Made by a program: the position numbers and the translations under genes
Shown here: in pieces, positions 1-13,461 of the stretch
Position numbering within the stretch: the first letter of the stretch is position 1
Layout: every line of letters begins with the position of its first letter
Origin: Fistulifera solaris
Taxonomy: Eukaryota
Length of the DNA: 64,000 nucleotides
Direction: 5' to 3'
Assembly (NCBI GenBank): GCA_030295235.1
Contig: AP026123.1
Span: 434,001-498,000 of the forward strand
The notes under the pieces: generated by a model
Seen by the model: only the letters and a program-made list of their open reading frames with translations
What the model was told of the DNA's origin: nothing
The model's database searches: none

Positions 1-244
1 CGACGAAACAACGGCCATGTGGTTGCCACGACACAATGTGGTCAAGACCATCACGTTCAACCAGCTGGAGCATTTCATACAATTTGTAAGGAAATGCATT
101 GTGGTTCCGGGTATCATTGAAGGCGTAATCATAATTGGAATCGGGTGCTGGTACTGCAGCATAATCATGATAGTCATGATGGACAACATGGAGCGCTTGA
201 TTGCTGCTCGATGCGCCTGAGAGTTTTTGTTGCAGCTTTGGCAT
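1..244 (-). CDS. Heat shock transcription factor (HSF DNA-binding domain), 5' part; runs off the window edge
   Basis: Manual translation from ATG at 244: MPKLQQKLSG...VVHHDYHDYA...AFPYKLYEMLQLVERDGLDHIVSWQPHGRCFV, the start of an HSF DBD (FPxKLxxML, IVSWxPHGR). Not in the ORF track because it has no stop in the window. Confidence 0.9.
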   Translation of the reverse strand, partial: MPKLQQKLSGASSSNQALHVVHHDYHDYAAVPAPDSNYDYAFNDTRNHNAFPYKLYEMLQLVERDGLDHIVSWQPHGRCFV

Positions 245-975
245 TTCGATGGAGGAAAGGGATGATGATTTGTTTTGTCTATTTTGGTTGGAAACACACA
301 TTACAGCACATGTAGTTGTTGTTTTGAAGCTTGGAGTGAAGGTTGAGAGAAGTAAGATCGAGATGAAAGATTGATAGTGAAAAAATGCGAACTGCAATCT
401 GTGAGCAGATTTTCTTCAATCGCACATTTATTGATCTTGACAAAAATCAGAAATCGGGAACGCGACGAACACGAAGAATATGAAGGAGAACAGTAGAGGA
501 TTATATCAAAAAGTACACAACTAATTTGTGGTTTCTGTTCTCCTGTTCTGTTCTTCTGTTCTTCTGCTATATCTTTAGGACGATGCCACGTAGACTACAG
601 TACGTCCATCGTCCATAGTATTTTCAAAATAAGCTGCAAAAAGTTGCAAAAATGCAACGTGCAGTCTGGGTCTGGGTCACGCAACGCTGGTCACGAGTCA
701 TGAATAACCCAAGTTAAAATGGATGATCCGAGGCTCTAGTAGCATGAATCTAAATGCTAGTAGAGAGAGGCAGACTAGAGCCTTCTCAAAGATGTACAGG
801 AGGAGTCACATGACTAACGAAACTATCACGACGATAGAAATGTTCGAAGTAGCTGGCAAGAGGCTAGAAATCTTTGAGAAGTGGGGATACTAGGATGCAA
901 AGGTTGGATTCATTGCCTGGTACCTGTTATTTCATAACAGAGACATTCCAAGGATACCTTTCTGTAATGTAATAG

Positions 976-3900
976 TTACAACGCTCCCTGTTCCGCGTGT
1001 CTATTGACATCAATCTGGAGATCCGATAGAAGAGCCTGTAGTTCCTTGGATTCTCGAACGAAGTCAGGAAAACTGTTAATTGCTTCTTGAAGCAAGTGAC
1101 TTCTGGCGGTGCCACGCGGAAACATCATTGACAAGCATGATATGTACGACGCGTATAGCTGAACATTTTTGTTCAACTCATCCGCAGCAATAAGATCCGA
1201 CAGCGCGATAGAAGCAAGTTCGCGAGCTTCGGTGATAGTGCTTGTAGCAAGCGAACAATGCTTGAAAATCGTAAGATACGTTTCCGCATTCGGTTTAGCA
1301 TACTGATTTCCACATCGATAGTCGACTTTCATTCTTTCATAGACGGAAGCCAAATCTCCTATACAATTTTCATCCCCATCACTTCGAAAGGCGTCCATCA
1401 CAAGATGATAACATGTCGCGGATGGCAGAGGAGAAACGCTGCTGACGAGGTGTCGATTCGTCATTCGATCCAAAATCGCCAATGCTTCCTTGCCCGCTTC
1501 GCCACCAGTCACTATTGACCAAGCCTTGATGACACCCTGATAGCAGGCTTCTGTGGGTCGCAACGGATCAAGAGCTCCTGATTGATCATAGAACGTTTCT
1601 AATTGCTCTAAAATTGCCCCAGCTCTTTCCGCCGACTCTTTTCCACCAACTTGGGCCCAGCTGTTTATCACATGAGCAAAGTTGAACGTGCTCGGGCGGC
1701 AATTAGGATTTTTTCCACTTGCATAACTTTGCTGCATTTCATTCAAAATGGCCTCCATTTTGATAGGAGCATCTCGTCTCCCGCTGTTCCTCCAAGCAAT
1801 TTGGTACGCTGCGTATGTGTAAGAAGACGGTCTAAAAAGTAATCGAACTTCAGCGAACAGTCGTTCAACGTTTTTCAGGTACCTAACATCTTTAGACTTT
1901 GTCCATGCGTGAATCATTGCCTAATTTCACACGGATTGATCGAATGAGTTTCTTTCTTTGAAAAAACGATGTGTCTTGATTGATGCCCAACTTACCGCAT
2001 AACTCTTTTCCGAAGGACGGAAATCAGGTCTATCGTGACCTAACGCTTTCAGTCGCTGGAACAATAGATGGGCCCTATGTACATCACCTTTCTTCCAGTA
2101 TTCTTCCAAGACATATCTGTAGGTGTTTTCTTCCGGACGAACATCACTTCGTTTATCTATATACATTTTCTCACGCATCTCAATATAACTCTCAGCTTCA
2201 CTATCTTCGCCAAACCTCGCAAGTAAACGCGCATATTGATTCATTACGCCAATGTGAAGAGGGATTTTATCTTCCTCCATTTGACGGATCAAGAATGTGC
2301 CGTACTGTAGCATCTCTGGTGTGAACGACGAACTCAAGCCCAGCAACATGAAACGGTATGTACTAGCGTCAACCTTTCGATGATAGTCTTGTCGCCATTT
2401 GTTGAATAAACGAACCAACCGGTCGGTTCGAGCACTTGACCGTGATCTTGCCCATGCTTTTAAGCAATGATTCAGATCCTTTATCGTTGGACCTCGAAAA
2501 CTCTTGTCCAATTCACCTCGTGCACACAGTCGCGTGAATACATCCTCCATTTTTAGCGCCAGCGCTTCCCTTTCTTGCGGTTCGTGAGCGCGTTCTTGTC
2601 GAAAAAGCAGGCCGCCTAAAAATTCAGTGTAAAGTTGGGAGTCTAGAACCGACTCCCTCCCATTGTCAACTCTCTCAAGAGATTCCAACATCTCCTCAGC
2701 CTTCGCAATACCATCCTTGGACGAACTTCGGAGGAACGCCAAAATAACTGAAGTATACGTGATTCGATCCGGCTTAGTGTTCATTCCAGACTGATGCATT
2801 TCAACCATCCGACGCAGAATTGATTCAACTTCGTCAACAGAAACGGAAGAGCCAAATGTGCACGCATTCAAGGCAATATTGAAATGTATCGTAGTCGCCT
2901 TGACACCTTGGGACAGCATTTCGTCTAGAATTTCTTTAGTTTTTCTGGCGTCTCCAGCTTTGCTGCAAACATTCATCAACGACGAGTACACAAACGGATC
3001 TTTCATGAAATTATATTGCTTCATAGAGTCCCACCATGCAAACGTACGTTGCAGGATCGCAGATGTGGCAGCACAAACTCCAACCGATGTCTCCACTTCA
3101 TTCGCAAATGCCGATAGTATCGATGTACAGATCGGCTTCATATCATCGATGGAATCGGTCAGCATCGAAGGATTGCGCTTCATGAGCTTCTCGAACAGTT
3201 TTAAACATTCCTCCGCTCCCCCGGGTACACGTCCTGCGGCTCTGGCAGTGAATTGAAAGACATAACAAGAAGAATCCGGCGATAAAGAACTCGACTTTGA
3301 TTGTTCCATGTCTTGTACAATTTGATCAATGATCGTGATACACTCCCGTGGACTGCGGGCGCCTCCCAACGGAATCGACAACTTCTCATTGTACTGACTG
3401 GGATTCCATGACCGATCACTCTGTAAGTGAGCCAGAAATCGACATCTTTTGTACCAAAGGTTCAAAAGCCCTCGTTGGCTGTTGACGTCGGGTACCAGTT
3501 TGGGATACGATCGATCATCTTGACATTTCTGCATCATGGCAGCAATTTCGGAGGCTTCTCTTAATGCGTCGATCATTTCCGCATTACTAGCCCTGGATGC
3601 GTTTCCCCGCTGGTTTCGAGCTCTTTGCGTGAATGCGCGGGTCCCTTCGAGCGGTTGCAGCATAAGATTGATGAGTCGGACAAAGCCTCGGTTGGGAGCA
3701 GGTACAGCCTGTGAATTGTCGCACACCAAATCCTGAAGCAATTTGGGGTTCTTCTTTTCGTAGTAATAGTAGTCAAGGATCTTTCGTGCGTTAATTAAAT
3801 GTGTTTTGTCTTGATTTCCTTTTTTCGCCGCAAACTCGACGGAGCGTTTCCCGAGCCAGAATAAGTAAGCGGCTTTGAGTGCGGAGTGACTGTGCGCGGA

Positions 3901-4125
3901 CGGATCCGCCGTGATCTTTGCCATGCTTTCCGTGCGACGCGTATCGATACCGTGCCATTCATTCTGAGCGTTGTTATTTGTCGATTCACTGAGCCATCGA
4001 AAAGCACATAATGGTTGTAGATTATTGCGTGCGTAGGGAAGGACGATTGTTTTTGGGAATGAAACAAGCATCGTCGTAGGCCTAGTTGTCACGCGCGGCA
4101 TCTTGGAAAGATAGAGACGAAGCAT
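976..4125 (-). CDS. Pentatricopeptide-repeat (PPR) protein, ~1024 aa, 2 exons
   Basis: ORFs 1927-4125 and 976-1917 are joined by a GTAAGT...TAG intron at 1921-1995 (SYA|AMIHAW). Repeated PPR motifs: DPFVYSSLMNVCSKAG, TTIHFNIALNAC, PDRITYTSVILAF, PSTFNFAHVINSWA. Confidence 0.88.
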
Positions 4126-4667
4126 CGTAATGGTTCCATCGCATTCTACCTAGAGAGAATTCTTCTCGGTTAAACAAACAGTTGACTGATTTCTACAGAA
4201 TATTCGAATGTATCATCATCATCGTCATCGCAACGTTGCTTGCGGCATGAGTAAATGCTTGCGGTGTGCGTTTTTCTTTTCTTTTTTTTTTCTTGGTGGA
4301 CAGTTCGCGGCTCGCGTGAGATAGTATAAGGTTGAGGATTTTTATAAGAAGTGCCAGGTGCCAGTTACTGCGTAAACCAACATTTAGTTTGATAGTGAAT
4401 AAAGGTGCACAGAATTATTATGGACTTGATCGTGTCCTTGTACTCCGAGCATGTTTTATAGTTAGGTCATAACCGATAAAATTTTCGCACTGTGCGTGAA
4501 TAAAGTAAAAGTTTATGACGGTTAACTTTTGTGTTGCTTGTCCAAGAAAATGCCTCGTGGATCAACAACAACAATGAAACGTTGACCTTTGACCTTGCTA
4601 TACTCGTAACCCAAACAACACCACTTTCATCCAGTTCACTGCAGTTGAAACCGATAGAAAAGCCACG

Positions 4668-6389
4668 ATGGACCCAAGTCGCTCGATACCCAACGTGTAT
4701 AATCTGGGCTTCAAAGCGGGTAGCCTTGTTGCGGAGCTTCTTTACATGCAACGCCGTGTTACTTTGTCCGAAGTAGCCGATGCCCTCACCAGTTTCCCTG
4801 TCCTCTACAAAGAATGGTGGCTCAACCTTGTTGCGAATGATCCTATTCACGTCTTGGTGGAAACGACGTTGATCATTGCGATTGTTTACTTTCTCGTCAG
4901 CCGATCGAAAGACTGGAAAGCATCGGATGAAAAGGAGAAACTCACGGCGAAGGAAGAAAATGAGCTTCTCTACGACTGGAAACAGAACATTCGAGCACCT
5001 CTGGCTCCGAAAGTCCAACATCAACCCGAATGTGCTGTGATTCACAAGACTGACGGAAGAACTATCACGCTGCAAGTCAATGTATCATCGGCCATGTCCG
5101 CGTCATCGGTCAGCACGGATTCGACGCCTGTAACAAACAACGTTTCCACAGAAGATGCGTTCAAAGGTGGCGCTGCACGTGCTGGCGAAAGCATTCATCC
5201 TGCTCCTGAATTCAAGACTGTGCTGAATTTTGGAACGTCGGATTATTTGGGGCGATCGGCCTCAAATTCGTTGATTAAAGAAGCTGCCATCAAGGCTTTA
5301 GATAAGTACGGTTGCGGCTCGTGCGGACCCCGTGGCTTCTACGGGACGGTCGATGTTCATCTGGAGCTGGAGAGCGCAATGGCGAAGTTTATTGGTACAG
5401 ATGACGCTATTCTTTATTCGGATGGCGCCAGTACGGTGAGCTCGACGGTTGCTGCATTTGCCAAGCGCGGTGACTTAATCGTAGCCGATGAGGGCATTTA
5501 CGAGCCTCTCATGACGGGTGTCTCTCTCAGTCGAGCGAATGTCAAGTGGTTCAAGCACAATGATATGGCGGACTTACAGAAGGTTCTCGCCCAAGTTCAA
5601 GAGTCCGACAGAAAGCTGGGTCGAAAGCTGAACGATCAGCGACGCTTTCTAGTTGTGGAGGGCTTGTACAAAAACACAGGCAAAATTGTTCCTCTGGATG
5701 ACTTGATCAAATTGAAGGAGAAGTATTGCTTTCGGTTGATTCTTGACGAGTCGAACAGCTTTGGGGTTCTGGGCAAAACAGGCCGCGGTGTGACCGAGTT
5801 ATTCGGCAAACAGCTCATGAGAGACGTGGAAATCACAACGATTTCGCTCGAGAATGCGGTTGGAAGCATCGGTGGTGTAACTGTGGGATCGGAGGAGGTT
5901 GTAGATCACCAGCGTCTTAGTGGATCTGGCTACTGCTTCAGTGCATCGTCTCCCCCGTTCACGGCTACAGCGGCTATCAAATCCATTGAATTGTTGGCGG
6001 AGCAGCCCGAAACTTTGAAGCAGCTTCGTGAGAATCAACTCTACCTTCGATCAAAGCTCCTCAACTTGTGTCAGCACAAGCTGGAGGAGGTGCTCGTCAT
6101 CACAAGCGACGAACGGTCTCCGATGGTAATCTTGCAAGTTGCAGACATTCCGGAAACTAAGAATCTAGACGAAATAGCCTTCTTGAGCGAAGTTGTCAAA
6201 GAGAGTTTGAACAGGGGTGTTGCGTTCGTGGCGACCGGTCACCAGAGTGTTGGTCTCGTAAGAACGGCGCCTCCTCCTGCTATTCGAATATGCGTATCTT
6301 GTCTTCACACGAAAGAGGACATCGATCACGCTGTTACGGCACTTGGAGAATCGGTGGATTTCGTGCTTAACCGTATGCATGATTCTTAA
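4668..6389 (+). CDS. LCB1: Serine palmitoyltransferase subunit 1 (LCB1/SPTLC1)
   Basis: 573-aa ORF with an N-terminal TM helix and YGCGSCGPRGFYGTVDVHLELE, AFAKRGDLIVADE, LDESNSFGVLGKTGRG, HQRLSGSGYCFSASSPP. Confidence 0.95.
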   Translation: MDPSRSIPNVYNLGFKAGSLVAELLYMQRRVTLSEVADALTSFPVLYKEWWLNLVANDPIHVLVETTLIIAIVYFLVSRSKDWKASDEKEKLTAKEENELLYDWKQNIRAPLAPKVQHQPECAVIHKTDGRTITLQVNVSSAMSASSVSTDSTPVTNNVSTEDAFKGGAARAGESIHPAPEFKTVLNFGTSDYLGRSASNSLIKEAAIKALDKYGCGSCGPRGFYGTVDVHLELESAMAKFIGTDDAILYSDGASTVSSTVAAFAKRGDLIVADEGIYEPLMTGVSLSRANVKWFKHNDMADLQKVLAQVQESDRKLGRKLNDQRRFLVVEGLYKNTGKIVPLDDLIKLKEKYCFRLILDESNSFGVLGKTGRGVTELFGKQLMRDVEITTISLENAVGSIGGVTVGSEEVVDHQRLSGSGYCFSASSPPFTATAAIKSIELLAEQPETLKQLRENQLYLRSKLLNLCQHKLEEVLVITSDERSPMVILQVADIPETKNLDEIAFLSEVVKESLNRGVAFVATGHQSVGLVRTAPPPAIRICVSCLHTKEDIDHAVTALGESVDFVLNRMHDS

Positions 6390-6562
6390 AAAGTTATAAC
6401 AGGTTAAACTTTATGATATATTTCGTACATGCAAGTATTCTATCCCTTTGTGAAAAGACCTGTTTCAACGCTAATAAAAGTCCAAGAACTTATTACTGGC
6501 CTAGCTCAATTTGATTGCAAAATACGCCCTAGAATATTTGTCGGCATAGAGCAATGCAATCG

Positions 6563-8256
6563 TTATAAATCTTCTTGTGTAAGAAGGCTTGTCTTCGACT
6601 CAACTGTGATGTGGCTTTCTTCCACGGTAGAGTCATGAAGAAGTGTACGCTTCCGTCGTTGCTGGTCTGTCGTGCTCCAAAGGCCTTGCAAATACCCATC
6701 GAGGATAGAACGGACTTGCGTCATAGAAGGCCTTGCCCGTGGATTCGATGCGAGGCAGACTCGCACCAACTCCTGAAGATCATCTGGCCAGCAGGAACAA
6801 ATTGGCAGCCAGCACTCTTTCAAATTCTCCTCCTCGATCTTGGCGCGAGAATGGGTCGCAAGTCCATCACGAGGAGACGCCAGGGACAACACCTGCCAAA
6901 GTACGACACCGTAGCTGTATACATCGGCGGGGAGGCCATACGTCTTCTTTGCTCGGACTTCGGGTGCCATGAATAATTTGGTACCCACCGGTGACATTTC
7001 GTATCCACCATCCACCATCTTCTCTGGGAGGAAACGCGACAAGCCAAAGTCATAACACTTCAAAACACCCTGTGCACAGAAACCAATATTGGCCTATAGT
7101 TTCGAAGTGAGTGAAAGTACATTGCAAACATGCTAAAACCGATAGAAGGTGCACGTACCGATTTAATGTCGCGGTTAATGATGCGCCGATCATGCATGTA
7201 TTCAATCGCGGAAGCAAGATCGTGTGCTACTTGAATACGCGCACGGAATAGATTATGCATTTTTGTCACCGCTTTTTGTTTCAGCCATGGAAATGCTAAC
7301 CGAGATCTGTATTTGCGAAGAAGACCCCGCCAATCTTCTATTCTCTCGTCCAAACCCTCCACTAGACGGTCTAATATCAGGAAGTAGTCCGAATACACCA
7401 GAGATCGAAAGGCATCCGCTCCCGCACCGTTCCAACCCCTTAATCCTATTATATTCGGGTGATTCAGTGTACAAAGCAATTGCCCTTCTAATATGAGGTC
7501 GATGGCAGCCCTTTCGAAACGCTCTTCGTCCTGCGCTAACTCATGTCGCAAGCGTTTGACAGCGTACCGATTGATTTCATACTCATGCCCATCTACTTTC
7601 TTTTTAGTGTGACAATATCGACGATAAGTTTGTACAATGTGTTTTGAAAGATAGACTCGCGCGGATTGTTCTGGTAGCGTCATGCCCTGTGAAAATGAAT
7701 CATCCAGTTGAAAAGAGCTCACTTCATAGACACTTGAGAAACCTCCGACGCCAATTAAACGACCAACTTGGTATTCCGAGGTCGCAATTGGCTGTATTGA
7801 TCATGTAAGACACATACATCGAAGAAAACATCAACACGGAAGAGGTCTTTTGATACTTACTGCCACCACTTTCTCACTTTGTGACTCGTTGGGTTTTAAC
7901 AATTTGTTCATTTGTAAATGCTTTTGAAAGGATTTGATGTTTCGCCGCGCCGCTTCAGCGGTTCTATTTGCCAGTTTCTGATCGATTTTAAAGTCTTCTT
8001 GGGGTTGTGATGTGCGGCTCACCACCTCAAACAGACCGAAATCGAGATCGAGACAATCGCGACTATTCAACGCATGCATGGATGCGAGTCCTGGCTTTCT
8101 ATGAAATGGGAGTTTCGCACAAATTTTGCATTTTCTGTCAGTGACTAGAAATGTGTTCGAGCTTGCGAAATCGATTAAAGGTTTGCTGCCGACTTTCTGG
8201 CTTGAATTGTCGTCTTTCGCCATCGAGATATGGTCGCATTTACTGGTTGGCATCAT
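6563..8256 (-). CDS. Protein kinase (diatom-expanded TKL-like family), 3 exons
   Basis: Gly-loop (GVGGFSSVY), YAVKRL, NRDIKS|ANIGF, DFGLSR, FMAPEV, ADVYSYG. GT-AG introns at 7792-7860 and 7094-7158. Start codon uncertain. Confidence 0.85.
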
Positions 8257-9427
8257 AGCCGTTTCAATTAGTTGTTGCGTTTGATTTCCCCTCTAACATA
8301 CGCTTTGGTTGCTTTTTGATCGGTTGTTGTTGACGTTTCAATAAGAAGAGAAATAGATGATAAAGTCTGCTCAGAAGAAAAGGCCGGGCTGCAAAAACAG
8401 CAAAGCAGGCACAGCGTGGGCGAAAAGGCACGCACAACGCACAGTGTTTGAGGGTTCTGCAGTTCGGACGTTCGACCAACAAAAATCAAAAAAATAATCC
8501 GCTCGAATGATACGACTTTTTACTTTTTACGGTCTACTGTAAACGTTATACTGTGTCTGTACGATAACGTTTCTGATAAAGTTGTACATTAGATACTACG
8601 GACATCCAGAAACGGTTAAAGAAACTGTAGCACTGTAGCGCTTGCTATAGTCCAAAAACAGTTAATCTGAACAGTGATCTGTGAACAGTGAGTACAAAAT
8701 TTCTCATGAATGCTTTAGTCTGTTGTCTATTGTGATAAGTACGTAAGTAAATCAAAGAAAGTCGGAAAGACTAAATGTTGCGCAATAAGGCAAAAATTCT
8801 TTCTGAAAGCAAGACTGAATAACAATTTACAAGCTACAAACATCTCTCTAGTATAGAGCGATAAGTAGCATTTACCAGTAGACAACTTCACTCTTGACGT
8901 TGACGCTTGACGCTTGAACAACGTTGACAGGCACGTAACACGTAACACATAACACATAATGCACATAAACCTTACTTTGAACAAAATTGAGTCTTCGGAG
9001 AAATAATCTACGAGTAAAAGACTGCACAGCCGTAGTTAATTATGGGCTTACCAGGTATGGTTCTTATAAGTTTTCATGTCAGAACTACAGCAGCTGTACC
9101 AGGTAAAATGTACAATGCGGAAAAAATTCTCATCTCTCTGTGCAGGATTTGACATCGCGACTGCGACTGCCCTGTGTTTTTCACCAGTGCCTGATAAACT
9201 TAGGGTTCGAGATGATTTACTGTTCGACTAAGGCGACGAACGCGAACGGTGATCTGAATCTAAATGAGTGAGTCAAGTAGTATTACCAGGTAAGCTATTT
9301 AGCCCCACGTTGTAGACAAGTTTAGACAAAAAGAGACCGCCTTTCAATTTGGTCAAGTTAAATGCTTTGTCATTCTCTCTAGACGGCTGGTTCCTCTTTG
9401 AAGGGCTGATCATTATTAACAAGGATA

Positions 9428-10685
9428 TCATTTTCTTGTCTGAAAGTACTGAATGAGGATGGGGGCAACTATCTTCCGACTGGCCTTTACATTTCCTTGA
9501 TCAAGCACAATCACTGGCTGATCACAACGATCCAACAGCTGTTCACGAAAGGAGAGTTGCAAAGACCCTTCTCTTTCAAGCCACGCGTACACTTCTGATG
9601 CATCTTTTCCGCACAGTAAGAGTTCTCTCGTAAGGGACGAAGCAGAGTCTTTCGCATACGCGAACATGATTACAAAGAACTTTATTTGCAAGCGCTCCAT
9701 GAAGGCTTCAATGCTGTTGATCGCGTGTTCTTTGTCCAAGAAATTCTTTGCGGACAAAAGAACCGAAGATATGCCGAATGTTTCATCACCCGCTTGGAAA
9801 ATTTTAAAATCTAGACGCAAAGCATCCTCCACTGGTAGAGGATTCCAAAACAATGGATCGAACTTTGCGTTTTGTAACGCATCAAAGAGGAGAGATGTGC
9901 TCGGTTGTAAGGGGCTATCTCCACAAATACTGCCATCCAGATCCAGTTCCTGCCAGTTTGTCGCCTTTAGCAATTTTTGTACTGCTGCTTCGTCACGTGG
10001 TGTAACTTTGCCGGCATTAGGTGACAGGTTGACGGAATCGATCAAAATGACCCCGAGTAGTAACAACGATAAATCGGCTGGCAATTTCGTCCCCTCCATT
10101 TTTTTCTACCATGAGCGTGCAAGTGCTCGCGACAGTTGGTTCGCCCTTATCACTAAAAGCTATGTTTCGTATTGTCGCGCTATCTTTGTGATGACCTTCG
10201 TCCATGTGATGGTCGTAAATAGCTTTCACAAAATGGCTACCTTGCTCCAGTGCAGGTGCATCTAACCGATTGTGATCAACGAGCGTCAAGGATACCGGTT
10301 CAGCTGCTAGGAAATTAAGCTGATCCGCAAACCATAAGTCCGAGATTTCTAGACCAGCTATTTTGAAAAGTAGCATCGCCTCGGGACGTTGTGTTCGGAG
10401 ATCGTTTTGACGGATCGATATCACAGGAGTAGCATCGTCAAGATATGCGGCGGCTAACGCCGAAACGATACTGTCTGCATCCCCTGCTTTATTGCCGATA
10501 ACCAAGTGATTTGTTGGCGAGTCACGGCGCTTCTTCAGAAAGGCACTCAAGCTTTCGTCAGAGGTCTTCATGGCAGCCAAAGAACGACTAAAAAATCGAT
10601 GCGTAGATCTCGGCACACACCAAGCTGAAGAAGAACGATGAACGAGCGATATTACCAGATACAGAATTTTAATGATATCTATCAT
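9428..10685 (-). CDS. DHH-family exopolyphosphatase (PRUNE/PPX1-like) with putative bipartite plastid presequence; 1-bp frameshift near 10100
   Basis: GNKAGDADSIVSA, LVDHN, IYDHH, ASTCTL, ILIDSVNL, DQGNVKASRK. The frame breaks in a T7 run at ~10099-10105. N-terminus MIDIIKILYLVISLVHRSSSA-W resembles a signal peptide followed by an aromatic residue. Confidence 0.88.
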
Positions 10686-10796
10686 GCAAATTATATCGAG
10701 CTTGCTTGTTGTGACGAAAAATACTTTCAAAAAGTAGAAGGGATACCTGGTAATGGTAATAGCTATGTACGAAAACGTGCACACAGCACACAGCAT

Positions 10797-11915
10797 GTCG
10801 AATTTCGGTAAGTCAGGATCGAAAAAAACTGGTCCATATTTTCTGGACAGCCACAGAATTTCTGTATGACCATTGGTAAAAAATCCAGAATTTCTGGAAC
10901 GCCCACTTTTTTCGTTCTGATCCAAAACACAGATTCCAGAATTATTGTAACGTGCACAACAATTCGTCATGACACAAAGTACAGTGTCCAGTATTTCTGG
11001 AACGTACACAGCAGTTCGGTAGGATCGACAAACAACTGGTCCAGAATTTCTGGACCACCACAGAATTTCTGTATGACCATTGGTAAAAAATCCAGAATTT
11101 CTGGAACGCCCACCTTCTTTCGTTCTGATCAAAAACACACTTTCCAGAATAACTAAAACGCGCACAACAACTCGTCATGACACAAAGTACCGTTTCCGGT
11201 ATTTCTGGAACGTTCACAGCAGTCCGGTAGGATCGACAAACAACTGGTCCAGAATTTCTGGACCACAACAGAATATCTGTATGACCATGAAGAACAAATT
11301 CCAGAATTTCTGGAACGCCCACTTTTCTTTCGTTCTGATCAATAACACACTTTCCAGAATAACTAAAACATGCACAACCGTTCGTCATGACACAAAGTAC
11401 CGTGTCCAGTATTTCTGGAACGTGCAACAGCAGTTCGGTAGGATCGAAAAAACTGGTCCATATTTTCTGGACCACCACAGAATTTCTGTGTGACCATTGG
11501 TAAAAAATCCAGAATTTCTGGAACGCCCACTTTCTTTCGTTCTGATCCAAAATACAGTTTCCATAATAACTGGAACGTGCACAACAATTCGTCATGACAC
11601 AAAGTACCGTGTCCAGTATTTCTCGAACGTGCACAGCAGTTCGGTAGGATCGACAAATAAATCTGGTCCAGAATTTCCGGACCATCACAGAATTTCTGTG
11701 TGACCATTGGTAAAAAATCCAGAATTTCTGGAACGCCCACCTTCTTTCGTTCTGATCAAAAACACAGTTTCCAAAATTATTGTAACGTGCACAACCGTTC
11801 GTAATGACACAAAGTACCGTGTTCGGTATTTCTGGAACGTGCACAGCAGCTCGGTAGGATCTAAATAAATCTGGTCCAGAATTTCTGGATTACCATTAAA
11901 ACCATATCCAGAATG
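10797..11915. repeat. Tandem satellite: ~208-bp higher-order unit (~5 copies) built from four ~52-bp subunits, each with a palindromic TCCAGAATTTCTGGA core
   Basis: GGATC anchor recurs at ~10816, 11022, 11230, 11441, 11647, 11857. Cores at ~10833, 10884, 10935, 10987, 11040, 11091, 11143, 11195, 11248, 11300, 11353, 11405, 11457, 11508 and onward. Confidence 0.95.
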
Positions 11916-12211
11916 CAGAATAAAGGATTGAACAATGCTTTGTATAACTGAAATGCAGTCGTGCGTACTAATGTTTTAGATTAAGTTCGAACTTTAACTT
12001 CTGTAAGATAGAACTGCTTTTTTACAAGGGCATGCCGGGCTGTTAGCAGACAGGTGAAAGATTGTCGGCAAGGCGGACTTTGTTGAGTTTTAAGCGCCTA
12101 GTATGCCGTATCAAAACTTCTTCTCAAATAATTTTAAGATATTTTATCTATTGAAAGCGTGCAGCACAATTTAACAACATCTATATCCTTCCTAAATATT
12201 CGCTAATTACT

Positions 12212-13040
12212 CTACATTTCTCTTATCACGCGCAGCCATGTTTTCGGCTGTGTGGACGCTACCCCACCAAAATGGCCATTTGTAGAACCAGTTAAACCGG
12301 TCATATTAAACGTCGAAGACTTCTTCTTTGTACTGCTATCCACAGCAAAACTTGCGTACTCAAGATCTTCTCCATCACCCACCACTGCTTTTTTGAAAAA
12401 CAATCGCAGACACTCCCAGAGATTTCAGCTCGCGAGCCAAATTGATTTCATTGTTGTTCTCCTGCATACTTTTTAGGCTCGCAAGCACAACAACAGATTT
12501 TGGAATAGCTTCAATAACCGGTTGCACGGTCGATAAGTCGTTGTCGACATCGACCCAAAAGGCATCGTGGTTCGAAACTCGTCGAAGCTCCTCCAACGAT
12601 TTGACTCGATAAATGACGTCTGCCCCAGGCTCGCAATCGCCAGGCGATACAACCACCGAATCAACTCCCGCAGCCCGTGCCTCCTGAAAGTCACTGCCAG
12701 TGTACAAAACTGGACAAGGCCCCGGAAAGTTTCCTTTCGCAGTGGCTTGTTCGTTTAAGCATAACTTAGCAACTTCGATGTCCGATGTAACGAGAGCATT
12801 TGCTTTCAGCTTTCTCAATTGCATCGATCGTGACTCGTCGATACTAATCACATCCAAAACGACGGCCAAGGTTTTGCTCGGTTTCTTAAGTGCACTTGCT
12901 ACGTGGTCACTCAAACGGACTTGTTCGGAGACGACCTCTGCCATGCGATGTTCATATCTAGGCCGAGCAGTTCCTTGAGTCAGGAAGCCGAGAATCGTTG
13001 GCGTCAGTAGCAGCAGAATTGTTGATTGAATGAGACGCAT
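12212..13040 (-). CDS. Putative plastid-targeted protein, possibly an indole-3-glycerol-phosphate-synthase-like TIM barrel; frameshift near 12390-12400
   Basis: ORF 12375-13040 (signal peptide MRLIQSTILLLLTPTILG-F; EQATAKGNFPGPCPVLY) continues in ORF 12212-12403 across a T/A homopolymer. The fold call is tentative. Confidence 0.6.
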
Positions 13041-13461
13041 GTGTTGTGTGCTTTATCAATGTAATTATTTATAGAGTTGGCTGTTATGATGAATGATGAT
13101 GTGAAAGTGACGAATGTCAAAGTCGAAACGTGTGCAAAAAGCCGAAAAAGCCTGCTAAAATTTATTTGTGGGCGGCGAGCTTTTCCTGTGATACTATAGG
13201 TTTTTAGTAGCGTAGTACCTATCAGACACTATATTCTGTACTTCTGTCCCAACTCGATTTTGCGCGCAAAGAAAGGCAGCGCCGCCGCGCGCTCGCCATC
13301 ATCACCCACCATTTTTTTCTAAACAAAAGTAACAAAAGCATCACATAAAATCGAAGATATACATGAGCTGGTGTTGCTAGCTAGCACTTGTCCCTGTGTG
13401 CTTTACATAATTTTTACCCATACAGAGTCAACATTGTTACCGCGGGTCATCAAAACTCATC

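Noticed and set aside
10763..11844. Long ORFs (up to 300 aa) across the satellite, and the 382-aa ORF apparently extending PPX
   Set aside because: The same peptides appear in several frames as unit length shifts. These are by-products of a stop-poor repeat.
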